A stretch of DNA of 44,224 nucleotides from Lachnospiraceae bacterium. GTDB lineage: Bacteria > Bacillota > Clostridia > Lachnospirales > Lachnospiraceae. Below, piece by piece: positions 8,191 through 18,188 of this stretch. Where the stretch lies: the NCBI GenBank assembly GCA_024695205.1, contig JAILIQ010000054.1:1-44224 (forward strand), written 5' to 3'. Made by a program: the position numbers and the translations under genes. Below the pieces are notes generated by a model. It searched no databases, had not been told where the DNA came from, and saw only the letters and a program-made list of their open reading frames with translations. Numbering within the stretch: the first letter of the stretch is position 1; every line of letters starts with the position of its first letter.

Positions 8191-9888
8191 ATGTTTGGGT
8201 TTCCTGTAATTATGATCTCCTATCCGGACGAAGCATCCGGATGGCAGAACGGAGTATATCATGAAAGAGTCCGCAGAGAAAGTGAGATCCCTGCGGAAGA
8301 AACATGCATATTTGCGAAGGAGGCTAAGTTAAACGACGTCATCGGTGCTGAGAGCACCACCGATGCAACCATCTGCCGTTCGCAGCTCTCTCGACAGGAG
8401 GTTAAAAGTGTTAAGTTAAAGACAAGAATGTGGACAGAAACGGAAAGCACGGGATTCGGGATCTATCCGTATGTTGACGGACCCGCGTTCGTTCTCGACA
8501 CAGGGATACGTGATGTTGAGATCAGTCTTGCCGTTTCGAATCCGACTGACAAGGAGATCAGGGTAAGCTGCTTTGCAAATGATATCCTGAAGCTGAACGG
8601 CGCCGTTCTTGAGCCTTTCGGGAAGGCGGAGTATAAATTCAGTCTGTGCAGTATCGAGGAAAAGACGATCATACAGCCTTTTGTACCCTCGGATGCGAAA
8701 ACAGCCGATCAGGCAGATGTTGCAGAGCTGGTCGTTGAGGACATATCATTTACATATCTTCCCGCAAAGGAAAAGAAGGAAAAGCCTACGATCTTTCTGG
8801 CATCCGACTCGACGGTACAGTCCTACGACAGATTTCATTATCCGCAGGCGGGCTGGGGCCAGGTGTTCTACAGATTTTTCAATAACGGCAACCTGACGGA
8901 AGAGCAGATGTCGCCGGACATGATGTATCCGCAGAATCATATTTACGAAACTCCGGGCGCGAACATAGAGAATCGTTCGATAGGTGCAAGGAGTTCGCGT
9001 TCGTTCATAAATGAAGGCAAGTGGGATATGCTGCTCGCGCGGACCGCCCCGGGAGATTTCTGCTTCATACAGTGGGGACATAACGATGCGACTGCGGTAC
9101 GTCCCAACCGTTATGTGGCACCGGCGGATTTTGCATGGTGGCTTAAGAAATATACCCGCTCATGCCGCGCAAGAGGCGTTGTGCCTGTTCTGGTAACGCC
9201 TATCGCAAGACGCAACTGTGACAACGCAAACGGTACTTTTGTCGCCTCTTTCGGCAAATACGCCGATGTCATGATCGCTCTCGGCAAAGAGGAAAATGTT
9301 CCGGTTATCGATCTGTGCGGACTTTCTGTAGACTATCTGAACAGCATCGGGCCGGAAGAATCAAAACTGATATACCTCTGGGCAGCGCCGGATGCTTATC
9401 CGGACAGCGCTTATGCGGGAGGAGTATCCGACAATACGCATCTTCAGGAATACGGCGCAACAATCTATGCCGGGCTGGTTGCCAAGGCGATCCTTGATTC
9501 GGACAATCCCGAATTCGATGTTTTAAGACCGCTGATCAATACTGAATTTGAGATCGCCAAACCCGCGCTCTGCGCAGATCCGATCCCTGCCGACTCTTCT
9601 GCGCCGCAGAATTTTGCCATGCAGGAACTGCATATTGAGAACAATGTGGCTTCCTTCCTGCTGACCTTCTCGGATGTCGAAGGAGCGGTAAAATACCGTG
9701 TTTACAGAAAAGGATCGGTTGATTTCCAGTTCTTCCCGCTCCGCGAGGTGACTGCGGAAGAAAAATCAACCGCGACGGTACTTCCGTTTACGATCCCTGC
9801 CGCTGATGTTTATGAAGTATATGTGGCGGCCGTGTTTGCCGACGGACAGGAAGGCGCACCGAGCCGTACGATCGAGTTCAGGGCATAA
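8191..9888 (+). CDS. SGNH/GDSL hydrolase, carbohydrate esterase family 12-like rhamnogalacturonan acetylesterase (YesT/RhgT-like) with an extra N-terminal beta-rich domain and a C-terminal Fn3-like domain
   Basis: SGNH blocks are present: IFLASDSTVQSY (I), GWGQ (II), IQWGHND (III) and DNTHLQEYGA (V). The start is set at ATG 8191, 7 nt after GGAGG; the ORF-track GTG at 8161 has no RBS. No signal peptide. Confidence 0.8.
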   Translation: MFGFPVIMISYPDEASGWQNGVYHERVRRESEIPAEETCIFAKEAKLNDVIGAESTTDATICRSQLSRQEVKSVKLKTRMWTETESTGFGIYPYVDGPAFVLDTGIRDVEISLAVSNPTDKEIRVSCFANDILKLNGAVLEPFGKAEYKFSLCSIEEKTIIQPFVPSDAKTADQADVAELVVEDISFTYLPAKEKKEKPTIFLASDSTVQSYDRFHYPQAGWGQVFYRFFNNGNLTEEQMSPDMMYPQNHIYETPGANIENRSIGARSSRSFINEGKWDMLLARTAPGDFCFIQWGHNDATAVRPNRYVAPADFAWWLKKYTRSCRARGVVPVLVTPIARRNCDNANGTFVASFGKYADVMIALGKEENVPVIDLCGLSVDYLNSIGPEESKLIYLWAAPDAYPDSAYAGGVSDNTHLQEYGATIYAGLVAKAILDSDNPEFDVLRPLINTEFEIAKPALCADPIPADSSAPQNFAMQELHIENNVASFLLTFSDVEGAVKYRVYRKGSVDFQFFPLREVTAEEKSTATVLPFTIPAADVYEVYVAAVFADGQEGAPSRTIEFRA

Positions 9889-9907
9889 TTTAAGGAGAAT
9901 ACGCTAT

Positions 9908-10567
9908 ATGGAAAACCTGATATACAGCAATCCGCTTTCGGGCGAGTCGGATATAAAGGATTTTGTACTTGAAGGCAGCGCCAAGATCTCATTTCCCGAC
10001 GGAAAAATGCGCATGGAAAATGCAATCGGTGCCGAAGCCGGGCAGAAGGCGAACTTTGTGCTGTGGTGCGACAGGACATTTCCCGACAATATAAGGATAA
10101 CCTGGAAATTCAGGCCTCTTCGTGAACCGGGACTTGCGATCCTGTTCTTTGCGGCAACCGGGATCAACGGTGAGGACATTTTCGACGCATCTCTTCAGAA
10201 GCGTACAGGTGAGTATCCGCTGTATCATCACGGTGATATCAATGCTTTCCATGTTTCCTATTTCAGGCGCAAGGAGCCGGACGAAAGAGCCTTCCACACC
10301 TGCAATCTGCGAAAGAGCTACGGCTTTCATCTTGTTTCCCAGGGCGCCGATCCGATCCCGGATGCCGATGACTGCACCTCCGACTATGATCTTGAACTTG
10401 TCAAAAAAGACTCATATGTCTCATTTTCGGTGAACGGTCTGCGCGTCTTCGAATTCACGGATGACGGCGAAACCTACGGCAAGCTTTTGCACGGCGGCAA
10501 GATCGGCTTCCGCCAGCTTGCTCCGATGATCGCGGAATACTCAGACCTGAAAATATACGGACTGTAA
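9908..10567 (+). CDS. DUF1961 family protein (YesU-like)
   Basis: A 219-aa protein. The motifs LAILFFAATG, HVSYFRR and CNLRKSYGFHLV match my memory of the YesU/DUF1961 family. It sits directly after the CE12 gene, as in the B. subtilis yesT-yesU pair. Confidence 0.7.
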   Translation: MENLIYSNPLSGESDIKDFVLEGSAKISFPDGKMRMENAIGAEAGQKANFVLWCDRTFPDNIRITWKFRPLREPGLAILFFAATGINGEDIFDASLQKRTGEYPLYHHGDINAFHVSYFRRKEPDERAFHTCNLRKSYGFHLVSQGADPIPDADDCTSDYDLELVKKDSYVSFSVNGLRVFEFTDDGETYGKLLHGGKIGFRQLAPMIAEYSDLKIYGL

Positions 10568-10632
10568 CTGTCCGTTATGAGCATCTTTTTTTACAGGAAT
10601 GATGATCGGATCGTCGTTTTGTGGTAATTGAT

Positions 10633-10659
10633 AAAGTCCCCGGCACTGCCGGGGACTTT
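10633..10659. terminator. Strong hairpin between convergent genes (bidirectional terminator candidate)
   Basis: Perfect 11-bp stem AAAGTCCCCGG / CCGGGGACTTT with a 5-nt loop. Confidence 0.65.
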
Positions 10660-10765
10660 GCTCCTTTATAAAATTAAAAATATAAGGTATTTATGTACAT
10701 TTTGGATCACCCTACGCGGATACACACAAAAACACAGTGGGGGAGAGCCCGGTACGCCGGTGTTT

Positions 10766-12310
10766 TCAGAGGTTATAGATCTCGGTATATTTGTCCGTGA
10801 TATATTTGAGGAAATCCTCCGGAGTGAACTCTCTGCCTGTCAGATCGCGGATCCAGTCGGCGGGGTCAAGCCGGTTGGCCTTGGCGAAAACATGCTCTTT
10901 CATCCAGGTATTGATCGTTTTAAAGTCGCCCGATCTTACGGCGGCATCGATATCGAAATCCTGTTTCATGAGGTTGTAATACATGGAATTGTACATGTTT
11001 CCGATCGCATAGGTCGGGAAATAGCCGAAGCCTGAGGTCCAGTGCACATCCTGAAGGACGCCTTCGCGGTCGGTTGCGGGTTCGATCCCGAGGTATTCGA
11101 GGTATTTTTCGTTCCAGCGCTTCGGAATATCGGCGATCGCTAGAGAACCGTCCACGATCTCCTTCTCGATCTCGTACCGGATAATAATGTGAAGCGTGTA
11201 AGTAAATTCATCGGCCTCCGTTCTGATAAGCGACGGTTCGGCGATGTTGAGCGCATAGTAGAGCTCATCCTCGCTAACCGGCTGAGTATGGCCGTCGCTG
11301 CCGCACATGACCTGGGGAAAGATCTCGCATACCTTCGGGTAGATCAGATGAATGAAGGCTTTTGAGCGCCCTATGCGGTTCTCGTAGAAGCGTGAAACGG
11401 ACTCATGCATACCGAGAGTCTTGTAATCCTGGATATGATGGTCGAAATCTTCTTCGGGCTGGAGCTGCTCGAAAAGGGCATGTCCGCCTTCGTGAATGAT
11501 CGAATACATGCTTGAGGCAAATTCGGTGGGATAATAATATGTAGTGACACGGGTGTCATCCTTGGCAAGACCGTTGGTAAACGGGTGCTCTGAGGTTGTG
11601 TATGCGCCTCTTGTGAAATCGAAGCCCATAACATCGAGCAGATAATCCGCCATTTTCTTCTGCTGTTCGTCGGTAACTTCTATATTCATGAAGTCACGGC
11701 GGATGGCTTTTTTGCTTGCGGTGATCTTCTTAAGCATGGGAATGAGCACTTCCTTGCAACGCTCGAATGTTGCATCGAGTCGTTTGCCGGTCATACCGCG
11801 TTCGTAATCGTTGAGCATCCTGTCGTACATTGACATGCCGGGCTCATCCTCCGGATCGTCTTCACGCAGTTCTATGATCTCTTTACCGACCCTGTCAACC
11901 GCTGCGAGCGAATCGGCGAAAAGCGCGAAATTGCTATCTTTACGGGCGTTGGTCCAGTCAACGAAAGCCTTGTTGTAGACCAGTGAAAATTCCATCTGTT
12001 TTTCCGGGCTGACATTTTTATCCTGTAAATAACCGCGATGCAGCTGCTTTACAAGGATCCGGTCGGGCTCGTCAAGTTCCTCCCTGTGCTCGTAGAGATA
12101 TTCGGAGGCCTCGATGAATTTGTCGTCCTTGCGTAGCTTAAAGGCCTCATTTCCGAGCAATGCCTCCACTTCTCCCTGTGCTTCCATGCCCTTCTCGGGA
12201 CAGATCGTTTCCATGTCGTAGCTGATGACCGCACAGGCATGATAGTATTTCTCTATCAGTTCCAGATTCGTGCGCAGCAGATCAAGTGCTTTTTGTGTTT
12301 CGGGTGTCAT
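10766..12310 (-). CDS. Carboxypeptidase Taq-type metallopeptidase (family M32)
   Basis: HEGGHALFE zinc motif, IRTEADEFTY and DVHWTSGFGYFPTYAIGN. The start is set at ATG 12310 (MTPETQK), after AGGAGG. The ORF-track extension to 12394 lacks an RBS. Confidence 0.88.
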   Translation of the reverse strand: MTPETQKALDLLRTNLELIEKYYHACAVISYDMETICPEKGMEAQGEVEALLGNEAFKLRKDDKFIEASEYLYEHREELDEPDRILVKQLHRGYLQDKNVSPEKQMEFSLVYNKAFVDWTNARKDSNFALFADSLAAVDRVGKEIIELREDDPEDEPGMSMYDRMLNDYERGMTGKRLDATFERCKEVLIPMLKKITASKKAIRRDFMNIEVTDEQQKKMADYLLDVMGFDFTRGAYTTSEHPFTNGLAKDDTRVTTYYYPTEFASSMYSIIHEGGHALFEQLQPEEDFDHHIQDYKTLGMHESVSRFYENRIGRSKAFIHLIYPKVCEIFPQVMCGSDGHTQPVSEDELYYALNIAEPSLIRTEADEFTYTLHIIIRYEIEKEIVDGSLAIADIPKRWNEKYLEYLGIEPATDREGVLQDVHWTSGFGYFPTYAIGNMYNSMYYNLMKQDFDIDAAVRSGDFKTINTWMKEHVFAKANRLDPADWIRDLTGREFTPEDFLKYITDKYTEIYNL

Positions 12311-12626
12311 AAATGTTCCTCCTGATGTAAATGAAGTGATCGCGCAGCCATATGGTATTCCGGTGATTTTCTGCGCATACGGACCGTCTCCCAAGGAAGG
12401 CGGGTTTTCGGGGCATTCCTGCCGTGAGGCCGTGAACGTTAACTTTTCTTTATCAGTATACCATAAATATGCCGGAAAAATCCAAAATATGATAATTGAT
12501 CGGATTTCCTATACAAAAAAATTTTATCGTGTTATATTTATAATGTCGACTGCAGGATATTTTACCGGAGCAGATCACAGGTGCGGCTAAAACCGGCGCA
12601 CCGATGTCTGAAATGAGAGGAATGCC

Positions 12627-13682
12627 ATGTTTTATCTGATAAAAGAAACTCTTTCACCTGTCGGCGAGGCGGAGTGGATAAGCTTATTCGCGGGCGTCCG
12701 GGACGATAAAAAGCCGGACGGAAGAGGAAGGCGCAAAAGGTCAAGAAAAGACGGTGCGTATACGGAACCCGCTCCGGAGGAAAGTCCCGCACCGGCTCCG
12801 GATACGGCAGGCCGGGAAGCGATGCCGCAGTATGTTGCGGTGCTTACACTGGATGAATGGCGCGAGCACAGGGACCGGTTTAATATGGGGATTGATATGG
12901 ATCCTGATATTAACGAGATATTTACGACCAAGGCCGAGGTCAATTATGACTCGCTGACGGGCTCGTTCTCGATTCCGGACAGGAAAGAGCTTGCTGCCGA
13001 GGACAGCAAGTTTTCGTTTGCGCTTGACGAGAAGGGTATCGTATTCATCGATAATACGGGTGTTGCCGCAAAGCTGATCGGAAATATCAGGCAGACCAAG
13101 AAATGGAGATTTCCGAGCCTTGAAAGATTTATTTACGATTTTCTCGACCAGATCGTAAAGGATGACTTAAGGATCATGGAAAAATACGAGGATGAGCTTG
13201 ATGCGATGGAACAGGCGATCCTGAACAATAAGGCCGAGGATCTTCCCTCGGGACGCTTAAACGACATCAGGAACGATATACGTTATCTGAGGATCCATTA
13301 TGAGCAGCTGATCGATCTGGGGCAGGAACTTGAAGAAAATGAAAATAATTTCTTCCTGATCGATAATCTCAGGTATTTTCACTCGTTTCTGAACAGGATG
13401 GCGAGGCTGCATGACGCGTCAACATCACTGCGTGATTACACGATGCAGATTCGCGATCTTCACAAAGCCCAGCTGGATGTCAAACAGAACCGCATCATGA
13501 CGGTCCTGACAGTGGTTACGACTATATTCATGCCTCTGACGCTGATCGTCGGCTGGTATGGCATGAACTTCAGATATATGCCCGAGCTCGAATGGACATG
13601 GGGCTATCCGGTTGTGATAGCCGCAAGTGTGCTGATCGTGCTTGGAAGCCTGATCTTCTTTAAGCGGAAGAAATGGCTGTGA
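12627..13682 (+). CDS. corA: CorA-family magnesium/cobalt transporter
   Basis: C-terminal two TM helices with the signature GWYGMNF. RBS GAGAGGAA. The N-terminal region contains a basic/Pro-rich low-complexity stretch (about nt 12699-12824). Confidence 0.88.
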   Translation: MFYLIKETLSPVGEAEWISLFAGVRDDKKPDGRGRRKRSRKDGAYTEPAPEESPAPAPDTAGREAMPQYVAVLTLDEWREHRDRFNMGIDMDPDINEIFTTKAEVNYDSLTGSFSIPDRKELAAEDSKFSFALDEKGIVFIDNTGVAAKLIGNIRQTKKWRFPSLERFIYDFLDQIVKDDLRIMEKYEDELDAMEQAILNNKAEDLPSGRLNDIRNDIRYLRIHYEQLIDLGQELEENENNFFLIDNLRYFHSFLNRMARLHDASTSLRDYTMQIRDLHKAQLDVKQNRIMTVLTVVTTIFMPLTLIVGWYGMNFRYMPELEWTWGYPVVIAASVLIVLGSLIFFKRKKWL

Positions 13683-13704
13683 TTATGGATTTGGGAGGCT
13701 TGAA

Positions 13705-14379
13705 ATGGCCGGGAAAATGACGGATTTTGACGGACCTCTGGTGCGCTCCACGCACAGAGTGTTCAATCTGATTTGGCTGAATATCCTGACAATATTGTGC
13801 TCTTTGCCGGTAGTGACCTTCGGGGCATCGTTTGCGGCACTGAATACGGTCGTTCTTAAGATGTCACGGGATGAAGAAGGCTATGTAACAAAAGAATTCT
13901 TCAGGGCCTTTAAGGTCAATCTTAAGGTCGGGATCAAGACATCTGTCGCGATACTGCTGTTTGTGGCGGTGGCATATGCGGATTTTTACGCGATCAGCCT
14001 GCTCGATGTATGGTTTGCCGACGTTGCGTGGTTCCTTCTTATCCTGTTTGTGATATTCTTTGTGATCACGGTCACATTTTTATTCCCGATAATGGCAAAG
14101 TTCGACGCGGGATTTGCCGATACGGTCAAGAACTCGTTTAAATTCGGTGTTTCGCACATTTTAAAAACGTTACTGATGTTTTTCCTGAACATCATACTGT
14201 GGGTTGTCAGCTATTATTTCCTGTTCCTCTCACCGCTTCTGTTCATCTGTGGTTTTTCCGCACCGGCTTATCTGGGAACGGGACTTTACAAAGAAGAATT
14301 TCGCAGGCTCGAGGAAAGCTTTTATTCTGCCGGATCCGGCAACGGCAGTGAAAAAGAAGGCCGGGAAGACAGAGGTTAA
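13705..14379 (+). CDS. DUF624 (YesL/YesV-like) integral membrane protein
   Basis: The N-terminal pattern FDGPLVR...NLIWLNILTILCSLPVVTFGASFAAL and the following FFRAFKVNLK are typical of DUF624. It has 5-6 TM helices. RBS GGGAGG lies 6 nt upstream. Confidence 0.75.
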   Translation: MAGKMTDFDGPLVRSTHRVFNLIWLNILTILCSLPVVTFGASFAALNTVVLKMSRDEEGYVTKEFFRAFKVNLKVGIKTSVAILLFVAVAYADFYAISLLDVWFADVAWFLLILFVIFFVITVTFLFPIMAKFDAGFADTVKNSFKFGVSHILKTLLMFFLNIILWVVSYYFLFLSPLLFICGFSAPAYLGTGLYKEEFRRLEESFYSAGSGNGSEKEGREDRG

Positions 14380-14383
14380 TATA

Positions 14384-15034
14384 ATGCTTGACAAAATATT
14401 CAATTTCGACAGTCCTCTTGTAAGGTTTGTCTTTCGCGTAAGGGATCTTTTTGTCCTCAATCTCCTGACGCTGGTGTGTATGATACCCGTATTTACCGCG
14501 GGTCCCGCCTTAAAGGCGCTGGCATTCACATGCCTGAAGATAGCAAGGGAAGAGGACGGAAGCATTGTAAGGACCTATTTTAAGAATTTCAAAATGAATT
14601 TTAAGCAGACCGTGCTGTTCGGACTGGTCTGCCTTGTGCTTGCGGCAGTAGGCTTCGGGGATATATTTGCGCTGTATTATTACAGGGAGCTTTTTACCGT
14701 ATTTATGATAATACCTGCCGTTATTGCCGTTATCGTCGTATTCGGGATACTTGTCTGGGCGATTCCGATGCAGGGCCGTTTCTTAAATCCGATCGGAACA
14801 ACCTTTAAAAACGCGTTCTGGGCGATGCTTGCCAAGCTGCCCAAAACCGCTCTGATGCTCATTTCATTTACTGTGATCCCTTCACTGTATTTCTTTGTTT
14901 CGGGCAATTTCTTCCCTTTGATCATTTTGTTCGGACTGTCGTTTCCGGCTTACCTGAACGCGATCATATATGAGCCGTTCTTTACCGAAACCGAAGAAGC
15001 GATACTTGACCGCGAGGAGAATTCCGGGGAGTGA
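14384..15034 (+). CDS. DUF624 (YesL/YesV-like) integral membrane protein, tandem paralogue
   Basis: Shares the pattern FDSPLVRFVFRV...LNLLTLVCMIPVFTAGPALKAL...YFKNFKMNFKQ with the gene upstream. ATG 14384 lies 4 nt after the upstream stop. The ORF-track start at 14204 overlaps the previous gene. Confidence 0.75.
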   Translation: MLDKIFNFDSPLVRFVFRVRDLFVLNLLTLVCMIPVFTAGPALKALAFTCLKIAREEDGSIVRTYFKNFKMNFKQTVLFGLVCLVLAAVGFGDIFALYYYRELFTVFMIIPAVIAVIVVFGILVWAIPMQGRFLNPIGTTFKNAFWAMLAKLPKTALMLISFTVIPSLYFFVSGNFFPLIILFGLSFPAYLNAIIYEPFFTETEEAILDREENSGE

Positions 15035-15072
15035 ATCTCTTTTTAATGTGGTCGTTTTTGCATACTTTTTTT

Positions 15073-15103
15073 AAAAGGCTGAAAAGACACAGCCTTTTTC
15101 TTT
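15073..15103 (+). terminator. Rho-independent terminator after the DUF624 pair
   Basis: Stem AAAAGGCTG / CAGCCTTTT with an 8-nt loop, followed by TTTTTCTTT. Confidence 0.7.
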
Positions 15104-15251
15104 GTATATAATCAACAATAAATTGAGGCAGTGCCTTTGGAAACATATACATTTTTTCATGTGTTTTCCGGGCTGATTAAGAATAATGACCAACTGAGGC
15201 GTTGAGTATCCAATATACTTGCGACACTGTGTACAAAAAACGGAGGCATTT

Positions 15252-18188
15252 ATGATCAGGGGAAGAAAGATGAGAAACGGATTTACGATCGTAGCCATGG
15301 TGCTGGCGATCGCAATGGTGATCCTCACCCTTGAGCCCTACGCCACGATCATGGCGGCTACCGGCGCGAAGCTGAAGGAAAAGTATGTCGGCTTTGAAGG
15401 CGTACCGGTAGAGTGGAAATACGGCGCGGGAGAGAATGTTTTCAGCTACAGGGACACAAAAGAGTCTTATACGGGCATCCCTTCGGCATCTTCCGAGATC
15501 GCGGTCGCTCCCGGAAGCATCAGGGACGAGAACGGACAGGCTGCCGTAACGGCTTTTGAACAGAAGGAAGCTTACTTCTCGGCAGGCGACGGGGAATATT
15601 TCGAATTTGATGTCGAAGTTCCCGAAACGGCCGTATATGCGATCGAATTTGATTACTATCTGCCCAAGGGCAGTTCGGATTCGGCGAAGAGAGCGCTGTA
15701 TGTCGACGGCGAGTATCCTTTTACCGAAGCCGGAAGCATCGAGTTTGCACGTTTCTTCAGGGATGAGGGCGAACCGGTCCTCAACAGTATAGGAGACGAG
15801 ACAAGACCCAAGCAGATCACCATAGACGGATGGAGGACTACCGGTCTTAAAGATACTTCGGGTATAACCTCCGAGGATTTCACGGTCCTCTTAAATGCCG
15901 GAAAGCATACGATCAGGCTTGTAACAATGAAGACCGGCATGTATATCTCAGGCATCAGGCTGTGTGCACCGAAGAAGGTCTTAAGCTATGCAGAGGTCAA
16001 ATCCGGGTATGCTGCGAAGGGCTACACGGAAGCACAGACCGCAACGATCAATTTCCAGGCCGAGCTTACGGCCACAGAGAAGAATGATCCTACACTTCGC
16101 CGTGAAAATGACGGTGATCCGTTCGTTGTCCCCAAGTCCGACGTAAACCGCAAGCTCAACGTAATGGGCGGTTACCGCTGGAGAAAGGGCAATCAGAGCA
16201 TCACATGGGAATTTGATGTTGACGCGGACGGTCTTTACAAGATCGGCCTGTATGTAAAGCAGCAGTGGAATGACGGCCTTCCGTCCTACAGACAGATCGC
16301 AATTGACGGAGAGGTTCCTTTTGAGGAACTGATGGAGTACAAGTTCGAATATGACACAAAATGGAAACTCCGTACTCTTTCGGACAGCAGCAATCAGCCT
16401 TTTGAGTTTTATCTTACAAAGGGCCATCATTCGCTGACCATGACGGCCAAGATGGGCGAGCTCGGCGATGTGCTCACATCCATCCAGGAAGATATCGTAG
16501 TCCTTTCGGACATGCTCCTTGATATCAACCTGATTGCGGGCAGCTCACCCGACCCCAACTACGATTACAAGTTTTTCGAGAAGATACCGGATATGAAGGA
16601 ACAGATGGAATATCTTCTTGAAAGCATGGAATACAAATATCAATACGTGAACGGTATGTCGGAGAAGACTCCGGCCATCGCCAACAACTTCCTGACCATA
16701 AAGGCACAGATACAGGAAATGCTTAACGATCCGTTCAGTATTGCCAAGAAAACAGGCGATCTGCAGAATTCGCAGAAGAATCTTTCCGACTGGTATCTGT
16801 CACTGCAGAACGAACCGCTTGTCATCGACAGCTTCTATGTTGGTCCGATGAGTGATAAATGGGTCAGCAAGACCTCCAATTTCTTCCAGAGGCTCGGCGT
16901 TACCTTCAAGCAGTTCATTTCTTCGTTCAGCAAGGATTATGACAATGTCGGCGGTGTTCTTTCCGAAGACGTCGTCGTTACGGATACGATCAATGTCTGG
17001 ATAGCCCGCGGTACCGAATGGGCCGAGGTTATCAAGGAAATGGCGGATGAGGACTTTACTCCCAGGACCGGCATCGCGATCAACGTGAACGTTCTTCCGG
17101 CTTCCCAGCTGAATGCCGGCAATGTCAACGCAATCATGCTTTCGATCACTTCCGGCAAGGCTCCCGATGTGGCGCTCGGCGTGGATATCACCTCTCCGGT
17201 TGAATTTGCGATCAGGGATCAGGTATATGATCTTTCGCAGATGGAAGGCTTTGACGAGGTCAGGGACCGTTTCGTTCCCGCAACGCTTACTCCTTACGAG
17301 TACCGCGGCGGCACATATGCGATACCCGAGACGATGAACTTCAATGTAATGTATTACAGGAAGGATCTTCTGAGCAAATTCGGTATAGATCTTCCGAATA
17401 CCTGGGAGGATATGTACGATTATGTTCTCCCCGCATTGTATCAGGAAGGACTTCAGTTCTACTTTGCAAGGGATTTCACACAGTTCCTTTATCAGAACGG
17501 CGGTGCGTTCTATACGCCGGACGGTCTGAAGTCGGCACTCGACACGCCCGAAGCATATCTGGCATTTAAGGAATATACGGAACTGTTTACCAACTACGGT
17601 GTTCCGGAGACGGCGAATTTCTATCAGTACTTCAGATCGGGCATCATGCCTCTCGGAGTAGGTGATTTCAATATGTACATGCAGCTGTCTGTTGCGGCAC
17701 CGGAGATCGCCGGAAAATGGGGCATCGTTCCCCTGCCCGGACATGTCATGGCAAACGGCGAGATAGACAGGACTGCGGGCGGTATTACCGAGAAGGGCGA
17801 TATCATCATGAAGCAGTCCACGAAGCCGAAGCAGAGCTGGGCGTTCTTAAAATGGTGGTCAAGCGCGGATGTTCAGACAAGATTTGCCAAGGAAGTTGAG
17901 GCAATGATCGGCGCCGAGGCCCGCTGGAATACAGCCAACAAGGATGCGTTCCTGAGCCTGTCCTGGAATACGGCCGATATCGAGACGCTTCAGGAAGAGT
18001 GGCGCTGGGCCAAGGAAATACCTACAGTCCTGGGCGGATATATGACAACGAGACATCTTACCAATGCATGGACCAGCGTGGTCATCAGCGGTATGGATAT
18101 TAGAGAGGCCATGGAGCGTGCAGTTAAGGACATTAACCGTGAGCTTGTTATGAAACAGGAAGAGTACGGAGTGATTTCAAATGACTAA
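15252..18188 (+). CDS. Giant (978 aa) TM-anchored extracellular solute-binding protein: duplicated CBM-like beta-sandwich modules plus a helical linker plus an ABC family-1 SBP domain
   Basis: ATG 15252 lies after GGAGG. There is an N-terminal TM helix (FTIVAMVLAIAMVILTL) and no lipobox. Internal duplication: EYFEFDVEVPETAVYAIEFDYY..ALYVDGEYPF..GKHTIRLV versus ITWEFDVDADGLYKIGLYVKQQ..IAIDGEVPF..GHHSLTMT. The C-terminal ~430 aa look like a sugar SBP (INVWIARGTEW..., WGIVPLPG). Confidence 0.75.
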   Translation: MIRGRKMRNGFTIVAMVLAIAMVILTLEPYATIMAATGAKLKEKYVGFEGVPVEWKYGAGENVFSYRDTKESYTGIPSASSEIAVAPGSIRDENGQAAVTAFEQKEAYFSAGDGEYFEFDVEVPETAVYAIEFDYYLPKGSSDSAKRALYVDGEYPFTEAGSIEFARFFRDEGEPVLNSIGDETRPKQITIDGWRTTGLKDTSGITSEDFTVLLNAGKHTIRLVTMKTGMYISGIRLCAPKKVLSYAEVKSGYAAKGYTEAQTATINFQAELTATEKNDPTLRRENDGDPFVVPKSDVNRKLNVMGGYRWRKGNQSITWEFDVDADGLYKIGLYVKQQWNDGLPSYRQIAIDGEVPFEELMEYKFEYDTKWKLRTLSDSSNQPFEFYLTKGHHSLTMTAKMGELGDVLTSIQEDIVVLSDMLLDINLIAGSSPDPNYDYKFFEKIPDMKEQMEYLLESMEYKYQYVNGMSEKTPAIANNFLTIKAQIQEMLNDPFSIAKKTGDLQNSQKNLSDWYLSLQNEPLVIDSFYVGPMSDKWVSKTSNFFQRLGVTFKQFISSFSKDYDNVGGVLSEDVVVTDTINVWIARGTEWAEVIKEMADEDFTPRTGIAINVNVLPASQLNAGNVNAIMLSITSGKAPDVALGVDITSPVEFAIRDQVYDLSQMEGFDEVRDRFVPATLTPYEYRGGTYAIPETMNFNVMYYRKDLLSKFGIDLPNTWEDMYDYVLPALYQEGLQFYFARDFTQFLYQNGGAFYTPDGLKSALDTPEAYLAFKEYTELFTNYGVPETANFYQYFRSGIMPLGVGDFNMYMQLSVAAPEIAGKWGIVPLPGHVMANGEIDRTAGGITEKGDIIMKQSTKPKQSWAFLKWWSSADVQTRFAKEVEAMIGAEARWNTANKDAFLSLSWNTADIETLQEEWRWAKEIPTVLGGYMTTRHLTNAWTSVVISGMDIREAMERAVKDINRELVMKQEEYGVISND

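Noticed and set aside
12270-12590. A 106-aa plus-strand ORF in the M32/corA intergenic region.
   Set aside because: It overlaps the 5' end and RBS of the M32 gene on the opposite strand. It has no Shine-Dalgarno and no recognisable motif.
12395-12626. Possible M-box (Mg) riboswitch or other leader upstream of corA.
   Set aside because: I could not find the conserved M-box core elements or a convincing terminator/antiterminator pair. Only a 6-bp GGTGCG/CGCACC stem is present. A covariance-model scan would be needed.
16800-17744. A 314-aa minus-strand ORF inside the giant SBP gene. Similar cases lie at 2595-3617, 29685-30311, 40503-41153 and 41583-42176.
   Set aside because: All are antisense to well-supported genes with clear family motifs. 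They have no RBS or start context and their composition is low-complexity. I treat them as frame shadows.
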